DNA of 64,000 nucleotides from an uncultured Gammaproteobacteria bacterium (GTDB lineage: Bacteria; Pseudomonadota; Gammaproteobacteria; DRLM01). A program made the position numbers and the translations under genes. The stretch lies in NCBI GenBank assembly GCA_963729605.1, contig CAVSNY010000002.1:32001-96000 (forward strand), read 5' to 3'. Numbering within the stretch: the stretch's first letter is position 1; every line of letters begins with the position of its first letter. The notes under the pieces were generated by a model. That model was given only the letters and a program-made list of their open reading frames with translations, was not told the origin of the DNA and searched no databases. This document shows, piece by piece, positions 53,403-63,065 of the stretch.

Positions 53403-55289
53403 ATGGCAGCGTGGGACATTCAGCAGGCAAGGGACACCTTCAATATCCCGCATTGGGGCGGCGAGTATTTCGATATCAACGACGAGGGGCATCTGCACGT
53501 GCGGCCTCGCCGTAACAGCGAACACCCCGGTATCGATCTGTTCAAGCTCAGCCAGGAGGCGCAGGCGGCGGGCCAGACCTTGCCGCTGCTGGTGCGTTTC
53601 TCCGACATTCTGCACGACCGGGTCGATACCCTGTGCGGCGCCTTCGCGCAGGCCATGCAGGTGGCGGGTTATCAAGGCCGCTACACCGCGGTCTACCCCA
53701 TCAAAGTCAATCAGCAGAAGAGCGTGGTGCAGGAAATCCTGCGCGACGGCGATCGGCGGGTGGGCTTGGAGGCGGGCAGCAAACCGGAGTTGATGGCGGT
53801 GCTGGCCTTGTCGCGGCCGGGCGGTGTGATCATCTGCAACGGCTACAAAGACCGCGAATACATCCGGCTCGCCCTCATCGGCAAACGGCTCGGTCATCGT
53901 GTTTATATCGTGGTGGAAAAACTCTCCGAATTGGCCGTAGTGATCGAGGAGTCGCGCAAACTCGACGTGGTGCCGCTGCTGGGTGTCCGCGTCAGGCTGG
54001 CCTCCATCGGCGCCGGCAAGTGGCAGAACACCGGCGGCGATAAATCCAAGTTCGGTTTGTCGGCCGCGCAGACCCTCGCCGCCGTGGAGCAATTGCGGCA
54101 GGCCAATTTGCTGGACTCCCTGCAATTGATGCATTTTCACCTGGGTTCGCAAGTGGCGAACGTGCGCGACATCCAGCGCGGCGTGCGCGAGGCGGCGCGT
54201 TATTACGCCGAATTGCATCGCCTCGGCATCGATATCCGCTGCGTGGACGTGGGCGGCGGCTTGGGCATCGACTACGAAGGCACCCGTTCGCGCAGTTATT
54301 GCTCGATGAACTACAGCGTGCAGGAATACGCCAACAACGTCATTCACACCTTGTGGGAGATCTGCGAACAGCAGGGCCTGCCGCATCCCGACGTGATCAC
54401 CGAATCGGGGCGGGCCATGACCGCCCATCACGCGGTGCTGATCACCAACGTCATCGACATCGAGCGGGCGCCGGTCGAGTCCGCCCTCGCCGCGCCCGGC
54501 GAGGACGAGCCGCATATCGTTCACGACTTGTGGCAGGCGCTGCAAAACCTCAGCATCCGCTCGGTGCTGGAGGTCTATCACGACGCCGAACATTGGGTCG
54601 GCGAGGCGCAAGCCATGTATACCCACGGCGTGTTGACCTTGGCGCAGCGCGCCCGCGCCGAGCAGTTGTTCTTCGCCATCTGCGCCAAGGTGCGCGGATT
54701 GCTGAAACCGGAGAGCCGCGCCCATCGCGAGTTGCTCGACGAATTGAACGAAAAACTCGCCGATAAATATTTCTGCAACTTCTCCTTGTTTCAATCTCTG
54801 CCTGACGTATGGGCCATCGATCAGGTGTTTCCCATCATGCCCCTGCATCGTCTCGCCGAACGTCCCGAGCGGCGCGCGGTGATTCAGGATCTCACCTGCG
54901 ACTCCGACGGCCGCATCGATCATTACGTCGATCGCGAAGGCGTGGAATCGAGTTTGCCCCTGCACGAAGTGCGGCCGGGCGAGCCGTATTTGATCGGGGT
55001 GTTTCTGATCGGCGCCTATCAGGAAATCCTCGGCGACATGCACAACCTGTTCGGCGACACCGACGCGGTGAACGTGGAACTCACCGCCGACGGCGGTTAT
55101 CGCCTGGTGCAGCCGCAGCGCGGCGACACCGTCGATGAATTGTTGCGTTACGTCCATTACGACATCGACGAGCTGTTGGCGAGTTATCGCGCCAAGATCG
55201 CCGCGGCGGAGTTGAGCGTCGAACAGCGCCGGCTCTATTTCGAGGAACTGGAGGCCGGTTTGCACGGTTATACCTACTTGGAAGAATGA
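53403..55289 (+). CDS. speA: Biosynthetic arginine decarboxylase
   Basis: YPIKVNQ, LEAGSKPEL, HFHLGSQ, TCDSDG, GAYQEILG. Confidence 0.96.
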   Translation: MAAWDIQQARDTFNIPHWGGEYFDINDEGHLHVRPRRNSEHPGIDLFKLSQEAQAAGQTLPLLVRFSDILHDRVDTLCGAFAQAMQVAGYQGRYTAVYPIKVNQQKSVVQEILRDGDRRVGLEAGSKPELMAVLALSRPGGVIICNGYKDREYIRLALIGKRLGHRVYIVVEKLSELAVVIEESRKLDVVPLLGVRVRLASIGAGKWQNTGGDKSKFGLSAAQTLAAVEQLRQANLLDSLQLMHFHLGSQVANVRDIQRGVREAARYYAELHRLGIDIRCVDVGGGLGIDYEGTRSRSYCSMNYSVQEYANNVIHTLWEICEQQGLPHPDVITESGRAMTAHHAVLITNVIDIERAPVESALAAPGEDEPHIVHDLWQALQNLSIRSVLEVYHDAEHWVGEAQAMYTHGVLTLAQRARAEQLFFAICAKVRGLLKPESRAHRELLDELNEKLADKYFCNFSLFQSLPDVWAIDQVFPIMPLHRLAERPERRAVIQDLTCDSDGRIDHYVDREGVESSLPLHEVRPGEPYLIGVFLIGAYQEILGDMHNLFGDTDAVNVELTADGGYRLVQPQRGDTVDELLRYVHYDIDELLASYRAKIAAAELSVEQRRLYFEELEAGLHGYTYLEE

Positions 55290-55429
55290 AGTCGCTGTAA
55301 GGCGCGGGATGATCGCCGGTTATTACCAGGCTAGCTCAGCCGTTGCCGCGAACCGGGCCGGTTTGGCAGATCAGGACCGATTGTGGCATGATGCTTTTCA
55401 CTATAAGAAACGCTATAAGGTGTGACGCC

Positions 55430-55975
55430 ATGAAAAAACTCGTTGCGCTGACATTGCTGACCTTGACGCTAGCCGGACTATCCCGCGCGGCGTCGGCCAT
55501 CGATTTCAATGTCGATATGAAAAAGGCGTATTACGGGGTGGCGATGTTCAATCCCACCTATAAAACCAACAGCAGCGACCATCGCTCCACCGGCTTGGTC
55601 GGACGGTTGGGTTATGACATCAGCAAACATTTCGCCCTCGAAGCGCACGTCGCGACGACCATCGGTTCGGAAGCCGCGGCCGATCCCGCCAAAGGTGAAA
55701 TGCAGATGTCCAATTTATACGGCGCCTTTCTGCGCGCCAACACCCAATATGGTTTGAGCCGTATTTATATATTGGCCGGTTATGCGCACGGCACCCGCAC
55801 GATCAGCACCCCTCAAAGCGCGTTCGAAGACGACGACAGCAACAAAGCCTTTGGTTTCGGCGCCGAAATCTCCGACGACGGCATGTTCAGCCTCGCCTTG
55901 GAGTGGATCAGATATTTCGACAACCGCCATTACACGTTAGAGGCGTGGAATCTCGGCATCGTTAGCCGCTTTTAA
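55430..55975 (+). CDS. Outer-membrane beta-barrel (OmpA-like/porin family) protein
   Basis: Signal peptide, GRLGY...FALE strands, C-terminal Phe. Confidence 0.7.
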   Translation: MKKLVALTLLTLTLAGLSRAASAIDFNVDMKKAYYGVAMFNPTYKTNSSDHRSTGLVGRLGYDISKHFALEAHVATTIGSEAAADPAKGEMQMSNLYGAFLRANTQYGLSRIYILAGYAHGTRTISTPQSAFEDDDSNKAFGFGAEISDDGMFSLALEWIRYFDNRHYTLEAWNLGIVSRF

Positions 55976-56214
55976 GAGCGCCGCTGGTTAAACAATCGGC
56001 ATGGGCCGGGCAGTCATGCATTGTGAATGTGCGGATCCTTGAATCATCCCATCCTGAATGCCGGGTTTCTCGAAACGCGCGGCGTGTTCCAGCCGCTTTT
56101 GGGGCTTTCGCGGATTATCGCGCGCCCCTTTCTCCCGCATACGTCTTGCTCGCATCCGTACGCTGATTATTCCGAGTAATCAGGCGCGGCCAAGCCTGGC
56201 GACTCATCCGCGTA

Positions 56215-59200
56215 TTAATCGCGCCAAGTCAGACCGCGTATGCCGCTATAACCGGTGGTGCCGATGACATTGCCCGCGCCGCTGCCGGTGTTAATGGTGA
56301 CGAGCTGCGAAGTGGTGTCGTTAAATCCGTATAGAACAGCGCCATCGGGGTCGAAGGCCAGCGCGGTGATGCCGTCGTAACTCACGGCGGCCACCGCGCT
56401 GCCGGCGCCGGTGCCGGTATTGATGGTGATGAGTTCGTAAGTGTACGGGCCCGCGCCGGTGCCGCCGATGCCGTAGAGCGTGTTGCCGTCGAAGGCCAGC
56501 GCGCCGGGGACGTCATCGAAACCGATGGCGCCGACGCTGCCGGCGGCGCCGGTGCTGGGGTTGATGGTGAGCAATTGTCTGGTGGCGGTGTTCACCGCGT
56601 ACAAGATGTTGCTGTTGGCGTTGAAGGCCAGGCCTTCGACGCAGCAGGTGATGCCCAGATTGCCGATCGGCGTGCTGGTGCCGGTGGTGAGGTCCACGGT
56701 GACGAGTTTGCCGTCGTCGGTGTCGTTGACGATGGCGTAGTAAACGCCGCTGTTGGGATTGTAAGCGAGGCCGCTGACCGCGCCGAGGCCCAGTTGCCCT
56801 TTGGTGGTGCCGACGCCGCTGCCGGTGTTGAGTTGCAGCAGGCCCAGTTGATTGGCGCCGTAAAGACGGCCGTTGGTTTCATCATAGGCCAGGGCGCCGG
56901 TGACATCCTCGTGCAACACCCCGTTCGCCGGCCCTACCGCGCTGCCCGCTCCGGTGTTGGTATTGATGGTGATGAGCCGCGGCGTTTCGCCGGCGGGATC
57001 GGTGTTGATGCCGTAGAGAATATCGCCGGACGCATTGTAGGCCAGGCCTTCGACGTCGCCGAAGCCCAGGTTGCCCACCAGCGTTTTGGTGCCGTTCGTG
57101 GTGTCGAGCCGATACAGTTGATCATCGGCGAGATCGCTGGCGTAAAGCCTGTTGTTATTGGGATCGAAGGCCAGGCCGCGCAGATTGCCGGCGGGAGTGC
57201 CGATCTGGGTGGCCGCCGCCGTAGCGGTATCGATGCGATATAGGCGGGTGCCGGCGACGCCGTACAATATTTCGGCATTGGGATCGTAAGCCAAATCATA
57301 AAGAGTGCCGAAGACGCCGCTGATCTCGGCGATGGAGGTGGCGGTGCCGGTGTTGGGATGGACTTTTACCAAGTATTGTTCGCCGAGCGGATTGCTGCTT
57401 ACCCCGTAAAATAGCTGGCGGATGGCGTCGTAGGCCATGCCGCGCAATTGGCCGCCGGTGTTGTCGCCGAGGCCGGTGAGTCGGTAGTTCTCGCCCGTGC
57501 CGCTGATCTCGTCGATGACGATCAGTTGCCGGGTATCGCCGTCAAAACCGTAAAGCGTGTTGCTGACCATGTCATAAGTGAGGGCCGTCACGTCCCCGTA
57601 GCCCAGCGGGCCGACCAGGGTGGTGGTGGCGCTGGCGGTGTCGATCGTATACAGCTGACGCATACTGGTGGAGACGCCGTACAAAATAAAATTATTGGCA
57701 TCGAAGGCCAGCACCGGCAGGTCGGCGACACCAGAAAAGATGCCGATGGGCGTGGCGACGCCGCAGGTACTATTGAGGGCACAGCCGCTGGAGATGTCGA
57801 TGCTCAGCAAACTATTGGTCGCGACATCGCTGCCGTAGAGCAGCACGCCTTGGATGTCGAAGGCGAGGCCTTGCACATTGGTGCCGAAATCGCCGATTTC
57901 GGTGGTGACGTTGGTGATGGTGTCGTAACTGTAGAGGGTCGTGCCGTCGCTGCCGTAGATGAGGCCGTTGTTGGAGCTGAAGGCCATGCCCTTGCTGATG
58001 GGCGTCGGGCCGACCACGCTGCCGGTGCCGGTGTAGAAATTGATTTTCAGCAGTTCGCCCTGCGAGACCGCGTAAAGCGTATTGGCGTTGATGTCGAAGG
58101 CTAGCCCGCTGACGGCGGGGAAGCCGGCCAGGCCCGCGCCGGACAGGCGCAGGGTGACGGCGTTGGCGGGATTGATGCCGAGCAGCAGGCTGCGGTCGTA
58201 GCCCGCGCTGTTGGTCACGGCGCTCGCGATCAGGTTGGGACGGTCGTTGTCGTGCAGATGGATGTGGTAATCGGCGTGGGCGCCCAAGGTCGCGCCGATG
58301 CCGTTGGGATCGGTGAGGCGCAATTCGATGCTTTCCAGCGCTTCGATGGCGCTGTCGTTTTGAATGCCGATCGAGACCATCTGCGTGGTGTTGTCGGTGG
58401 AACCGGTGGGGAAGGTGACCCCGCCGGTCAAGAGGGTGTAATCGGAAATATTGGTGGCGGTGCTCGAAAAACGCGCATTGACGGTGGCGGTAATCGGCGC
58501 GGCCAGACTGACCGGCCCATTGAGGTTCATCCGCACCGGAATGCTGATCACGCCGTCCCCTTCGTGGACCACCGCGTCGCTGCCTATGAAATTCAGTGTG
58601 GTGATCGTGTCGTCGTCGATGATCTCGACGGTGACGGCCCTGACGGTGAGCGCGCTGTATTTCGGGTCGGCGCTGCTGATGCCGTGAGTGATGGTCGCGC
58701 TGTGCGCCCCTTCGATGGCGCCGTCGTTGACGGCGGTCACCGTCACGATTTGTGGGGTGTTCCAATTGGCGGGAGTAAAGGTCAGGGTGGTCGGACTGGC
58801 GGTGATTTGCCCGCCGAAACTCAAGGTGATGGTGGTGTCGCCGGCGGGTTGGCTGGCCAGGACGACGGTGTAGCTGTCGGTCGCGCCGCCCTCGGTGACT
58901 TGCGTGCTGCCGGCGCTTTCCGTGACCGTGACGCCCGCGGTGTCGTTGTCGGTGATGTTGACCGTGACGCTGCCCACCGCGAATTGATGATAACGCGTAT
59001 CGGCGCTGGTGACGTTGTGAACGATGACGCTGCTGTGATTGCCTTCCGATTCCGTGTCGTCGATGGCGGCCACCGTCACGATTTGCGCTTGATTCCAGTT
59101 GGCGGCGGTGAACGTGAGGGTGGGCGGCAGTGTGGTGAGTTGCCCGTCATGAATCATGGTGATGATGACGTCGGCGCTGGGCGCGCTGGTGAGCACCAGG

Positions 59201-59358
59201 GTGTAGGTGTCCGACGCCCCGCCTTCGGCTACGCTGGTGCCGCCGCCGCTGAGGGTCAACGTGATGCCGGGGCCGGCCGGAGCGGATGAACCGGAGCCGC
59301 CCGAGCAAGCGCTCAGCGCGGCCAGCGCGAGTAATAATCCGAATCGTGCCCACGGCAT
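56215..59358 (-). CDS. Large surface lipoprotein with Calx-beta-like domains and beta-propeller repeats
   Basis: LSAC lipobox; two copies of EGGA.D.YT..L...LTFT.ANWN..QIVTV.A..D...EG; a Calx-beta-like third domain; many GLA(F/Y)D....LYG....L..I...TG repeats. Confidence 0.75.
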   Translation of the reverse strand: MPWARFGLLLALAALSACSGGSGSSAPAGPGITLTLSGGGTSVAEGGASDTYTLVLTSAPSADVIITMIHDGQLTTLPPTLTFTAANWNQAQIVTVAAIDDTESEGNHSSVIVHNVTSADTRYHQFAVGSVTVNITDNDTAGVTVTESAGSTQVTEGGATDSYTVVLASQPAGDTTITLSFGGQITASPTTLTFTPANWNTPQIVTVTAVNDGAIEGAHSATITHGISSADPKYSALTVRAVTVEIIDDDTITTLNFIGSDAVVHEGDGVISIPVRMNLNGPVSLAAPITATVNARFSSTATNISDYTLLTGGVTFPTGSTDNTTQMVSIGIQNDSAIEALESIELRLTDPNGIGATLGAHADYHIHLHDNDRPNLIASAVTNSAGYDRSLLLGINPANAVTLRLSGAGLAGFPAVSGLAFDINANTLYAVSQGELLKINFYTGTGSVVGPTPISKGMAFSSNNGLIYGSDGTTLYSYDTITNVTTEIGDFGTNVQGLAFDIQGVLLYGSDVATNSLLSIDISSGCALNSTCGVATPIGIFSGVADLPVLAFDANNFILYGVSTSMRQLYTIDTASATTTLVGPLGYGDVTALTYDMVSNTLYGFDGDTRQLIVIDEISGTGENYRLTGLGDNTGGQLRGMAYDAIRQLFYGVSSNPLGEQYLVKVHPNTGTATSIAEISGVFGTLYDLAYDPNAEILYGVAGTRLYRIDTATAAATQIGTPAGNLRGLAFDPNNNRLYASDLADDQLYRLDTTNGTKTLVGNLGFGDVEGLAYNASGDILYGINTDPAGETPRLITINTNTGAGSAVGPANGVLHEDVTGALAYDETNGRLYGANQLGLLQLNTGSGVGTTKGQLGLGAVSGLAYNPNSGVYYAIVNDTDDGKLVTVDLTTGTSTPIGNLGITCCVEGLAFNANSNILYAVNTATRQLLTINPSTGAAGSVGAIGFDDVPGALAFDGNTLYGIGGTGAGPYTYELITINTGTGAGSAVAAVSYDGITALAFDPDGAVLYGFNDTTSQLVTINTGSGAGNVIGTTGYSGIRGLTWRD

Positions 59359-59654
59359 GCACGGTGCCCTCTGTGATTTTATTCGAGAGTCCATTTCTGC
59401 CCTTTATCGATATAGTTAAGTGGCGAGATAGGCAACGGCTGGCCCGCTATAAAACTTGAGTGTAGCGGCCGCGGCGACAGACCCGGCTAGAGTAGCTTGC
59501 CGCAAGGTACGCCGCAATCGGCATAAGGCTTATATAAAATAAGTTTATGTCCGCCGCTCCATGAAATTAAACGAAGACTTGTGCCGGTGTTTTATTGATC
59601 GGTACTATGACCCTCCGGTAAAGGAAACGCTATGCGTCTCCAATGGAAGGATCG

Positions 59655-60719
59655 ATGAAAAATTTTCGCTGTATCTGCGGTAACCTGCTTTATTTCGAGA
59701 ATACCCAATGCGTCGCCTGCGGACACGTGCTGGGCTATGTGCCGGAACGCGGCGTCTTGAGCGCCTTGGAGCCGGCGGCGGGCGATACCTGGCGGGCCCG
59801 GTCGGCCGATGAGGCGGTTTACCGTCTGTGCCAGAACTACGCGCAGGCCCATGTCTGCAATTGGCTGGTGCCGGCGGCCGATCCCAACCCGTTCTGCCGG
59901 TCTTGCCGTTTGGACCGGATGATTCCGGATCTGACCCTGCCGCGCAATCACACCTTGTGGCATAGGGTGGAATCCGCGAAACGCCGCTTGTTGTACAGCC
60001 TGTACTCGTTGAAGCTGCCGGTGGTGGGTGAGGCTGAAGATCCCGTGAACGGCCTGGCCTTCGCCTTTCTCGCCGACCCCGTACCGGCGGACTCGTCTTA
60101 TGACGATGAACAATTCCGCCAAGTGCTGACCGGCCACGATCACGGTTTGATCACCCTCAATATCGCCGAGGCCGACCCCGGCGCGCGCGAGCAGATGCGC
60201 GAAGCCATGAATGAACGCTATCGCACCTTGCTCGGCCACTTCCGCCATGAGAGCGGGCATTATTATTGGTTCCGCCTGGTGCGCGACAGCCGCTGGCTGG
60301 GGGAATTTCGCGGCCTGTTCGGCGATGAGCGGCGCGACTACGCCGCGGCCTTGAAGAATTATTACGAGACGGGCAACGAAGGCCGTTGGCGCGAGCGTCA
60401 CATCAGCGCCTACGCCTCCTCCCATCCCTGGGAGGATTGGGCGGAGACCTGGGCGCATTATCTGCACATGATCGATACCCTGGAAACCGCCGAGGACGCC
60501 GGCATGATGATGGGCGGCCGCAAAATCCGCTCGCTGACGTCCGCCCCCGATTTGCAATTCGAGGAATTGCGCGACGACTGGGCGCGCCTCACCCTGACCA
60601 TGAACGCGGTGACGCGCAGCATGGGCATGGCCGATCCCTATCCGTTCGTGGTGTCGGATCACGCCGCCAACAAGCTGCGCTTCGTGCATGATTTGGTGCA
60701 TGAGATCGGCGGGGTCTAG
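59655..60719 (+). CDS. Zinc-ribbon putative metallopeptidase (DUF2248-like)
   Basis: FRCICG...FENTQCVACG, GHFRHESGHYY, HPWEDWAETWAHYLH. Confidence 0.82.
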   Translation: MKNFRCICGNLLYFENTQCVACGHVLGYVPERGVLSALEPAAGDTWRARSADEAVYRLCQNYAQAHVCNWLVPAADPNPFCRSCRLDRMIPDLTLPRNHTLWHRVESAKRRLLYSLYSLKLPVVGEAEDPVNGLAFAFLADPVPADSSYDDEQFRQVLTGHDHGLITLNIAEADPGAREQMREAMNERYRTLLGHFRHESGHYYWFRLVRDSRWLGEFRGLFGDERRDYAAALKNYYETGNEGRWRERHISAYASSHPWEDWAETWAHYLHMIDTLETAEDAGMMMGGRKIRSLTSAPDLQFEELRDDWARLTLTMNAVTRSMGMADPYPFVVSDHAANKLRFVHDLVHEIGGV

Positions 60720-60763
60720 CCGGCGGCTGGAAAACACGCCGTGCCGTTACAACGCGGCGGCGA

Positions 60764-61507
60764 TTATTCGTCCTTCGGTTCCCATTCGAAACGGCTGAGG
60801 CCGTTGAAGGCCCGCCGCAGGCCGTCGTTCCAGCGCCGCTGTATGCGCCGGATCAGCGGTGAATTGGCTTCGAGGGTCAGGTGGCGCTCCATGGCCAGCG
60901 TATCCTTGCGGTAAAACGCCAGTTCCAAGGGCGGTCCCACCGAGATGTTGGAGCGCATGGTGGAATCCAGCGACACCAGCGCGCAACGCGCCGCGTCCTC
61001 CAGACTGGTGTCGGGGGTGATGACCCGATCGAGTATCGGTTTGCCGTATTTCGATTCGCCGATTTGCAGATAAGGCGTTTCCGGCGAGGCGGCGATGTAA
61101 TTGCCCTGCGGATACACCAAGTAAATATCGTGAGCCTTGCCGCGGATCTGTCCACCCAAGATGAACGAAGCCTCGGCGCTGGCGCCGGTCTGTTTCAAGG
61201 CGTCGGCGTGTTCCTGCTGGACGCGGTGGCTGACCGCGCCGATGTAATGGGCGGCGTCGAACAGATAATCCACGCTGTTGAGGCTGACCGGCGCGGCGGG
61301 ATCGTCCAAGTCGCGTTTGAGGGTATTGACCACCGCCTGCGAGGTGGCCAGGTTTCCCGCCGTGAGCAGCACGAAAAAACGCTCGCCCGGTTTACCGAAG
61401 ACGTGCATTTTGCTGTAGGTGCTCACGTAATCCACGCCGGCGTTGGTGCGCGAGTCGGACGCCAGGATCAGGCCGGAGTTGACTTTGATGGCGAGGCAGT
61501 AGGTCAT
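60764..61507 (-). CDS. Anbu proteasome-type Ntn protease
   Basis: MTYC N-terminal Thr, SDSRTNAGVD, AGNLATSQ, QIGESKYGKPILDR, STMRSNISVGPP. Confidence 0.9.
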   Translation of the reverse strand: MTYCLAIKVNSGLILASDSRTNAGVDYVSTYSKMHVFGKPGERFFVLLTAGNLATSQAVVNTLKRDLDDPAAPVSLNSVDYLFDAAHYIGAVSHRVQQEHADALKQTGASAEASFILGGQIRGKAHDIYLVYPQGNYIAASPETPYLQIGESKYGKPILDRVITPDTSLEDAARCALVSLDSTMRSNISVGPPLELAFYRKDTLAMERHLTLEANSPLIRRIQRRWNDGLRRAFNGLSRFEWEPKDE

Positions 61508-61614
61508 GGCGAAAATTCGCTCGTTTATTATGCGGGTCCATCATAAGAGCTGGTGCTGGTTTCGTCCAGCCGCGCTCGCTGGGCAGTGCCGCTGCGGCGG
61601 TGTATAGTTGCCAC

Positions 61615-63063
61615 ATGGCTATACGCTGGAAAGAATACTCCACTCGCGGTTTGTACGATGAGTTGTTGCGCGGGGGCGGACGTCCGCGCGAGGCCGCGGC
61701 TTTTCTCTGCCGCTATCTGCGCACCTTGTCCGATCAGGATTTGCAGGGACGCAAGGCGGCGGCCGAGTTGGCGATGCGCGTGATGGGAATCACCTTCACC
61801 GTGTATTCCGAGCAAGGCGCTTCCATCGACCGGGTCTGGCCCTTCGACATCATTCCGCGGGTGATCGCCAAATCGGAATGGGACCGCATCGAAGCCGGAT
61901 TGAAGCAGCGCGTCCTCGCCCTCAATCTGTTCATTGACGACATCTATCATCAACAGCGCATCGTCAAGGACAAGGTCTTCCCGGCGGAGATCCTGGCCGG
62001 CTCGAAAAATTTCCGCGAGCAATGCGTCGGCGTCAAACCGCCGCTGGGGATTTGGGCGCATATCTGCGGCTCCGATCTGGTGCGCGACAAAGACGGTACG
62101 CTGTATGTGCTGGAAGACAATCTGCGCGTGCCGTCCGGCGTATCCTACATGCTGGAAAACCGCCAAGTGATGAAGCGGATTTTTCCCGAGCTGTTCCAGG
62201 CGGCGGGCATCCTGCCGGTGGATGATTATCCCTCGCAGCTTTACGATTGTCTGGTCTCGCTGTCGCCGCGACCGCTGGCCCAGCCCGAGGTGGTGGTGCT
62301 GACGCCGGGCATCTACAACTCCGCCTATTTCGAACATGCCTATCTCGCCCAGCAGATGGGTGCCGAGCTGGTGGAGGGGCGCGATCTCGTGGTCGGCGAC
62401 GATGACTGCGTGTACATGCGCGCGGTGGAGGGCCTGACCCGGGTGGATGTGATTTACCGCCGCATCGACGACCTGTTTCTCGATCCCGAGGCCTTCGATT
62501 CCCATTCCATGCTGGGGGTGCCGGGGTTGATGCGGGCCTGGAAAAAAGGCAAGGTCGCCCTCGCCAACGCGCCCGGCGCGGGCGTGGCCGACGACAAGGT
62601 GGTGTATGCCTTCGTGCCGGCGATGATCCGTTATTATCTGGATCAGGAGCCGATCATTCCCAACGTCGAAACCTATTTGTGTTCCGATCCCAAGGCCCGT
62701 GATCATGTGCTGGCCAACCTGCACGAACTGGTGGTGAAGCCCGCCAACGAATCGGGCGGTTACGGCATGTTGATCGGCCCGCAGGCGAGCAAAAAGGAGC
62801 GCGCGCATTTCGCCAAGCTCATCCGAAAAGATCCGCGTAACTACATCGCGCAACCGCTGCTGACGCTCTCCACCGCGCCGACCCTCATCGGCAATCAAGT
62901 CGAGCCGCGCCACCTCGACCTGCGGCCGTTCATCCTGTCCGGCCAGCAGGCCTACGTGACCATGGGCGGTTTGACGCGGGTCGCGTTGAAAAAAGGTTCG
63001 ACCGTCGTCAATTCCTCGCAGGGCGGCGGCAGTAAAGACACCTGGATCGTGGACGGAGCGTAG
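61615..63063 (+). CDS. Circularly permuted type 2 ATP-grasp protein
   Basis: GITF.VY, LEDNLRVPSGVSY, NSAYFEH, YRRIDD, VNSSQGGGSKDTW. Confidence 0.92.
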   Translation: MAIRWKEYSTRGLYDELLRGGGRPREAAAFLCRYLRTLSDQDLQGRKAAAELAMRVMGITFTVYSEQGASIDRVWPFDIIPRVIAKSEWDRIEAGLKQRVLALNLFIDDIYHQQRIVKDKVFPAEILAGSKNFREQCVGVKPPLGIWAHICGSDLVRDKDGTLYVLEDNLRVPSGVSYMLENRQVMKRIFPELFQAAGILPVDDYPSQLYDCLVSLSPRPLAQPEVVVLTPGIYNSAYFEHAYLAQQMGAELVEGRDLVVGDDDCVYMRAVEGLTRVDVIYRRIDDLFLDPEAFDSHSMLGVPGLMRAWKKGKVALANAPGAGVADDKVVYAFVPAMIRYYLDQEPIIPNVETYLCSDPKARDHVLANLHELVVKPANESGGYGMLIGPQASKKERAHFAKLIRKDPRNYIAQPLLTLSTAPTLIGNQVEPRHLDLRPFILSGQQAYVTMGGLTRVALKKGSTVVNSSQGGGSKDTWIVDGA

Positions 63064-63065
63064 TC

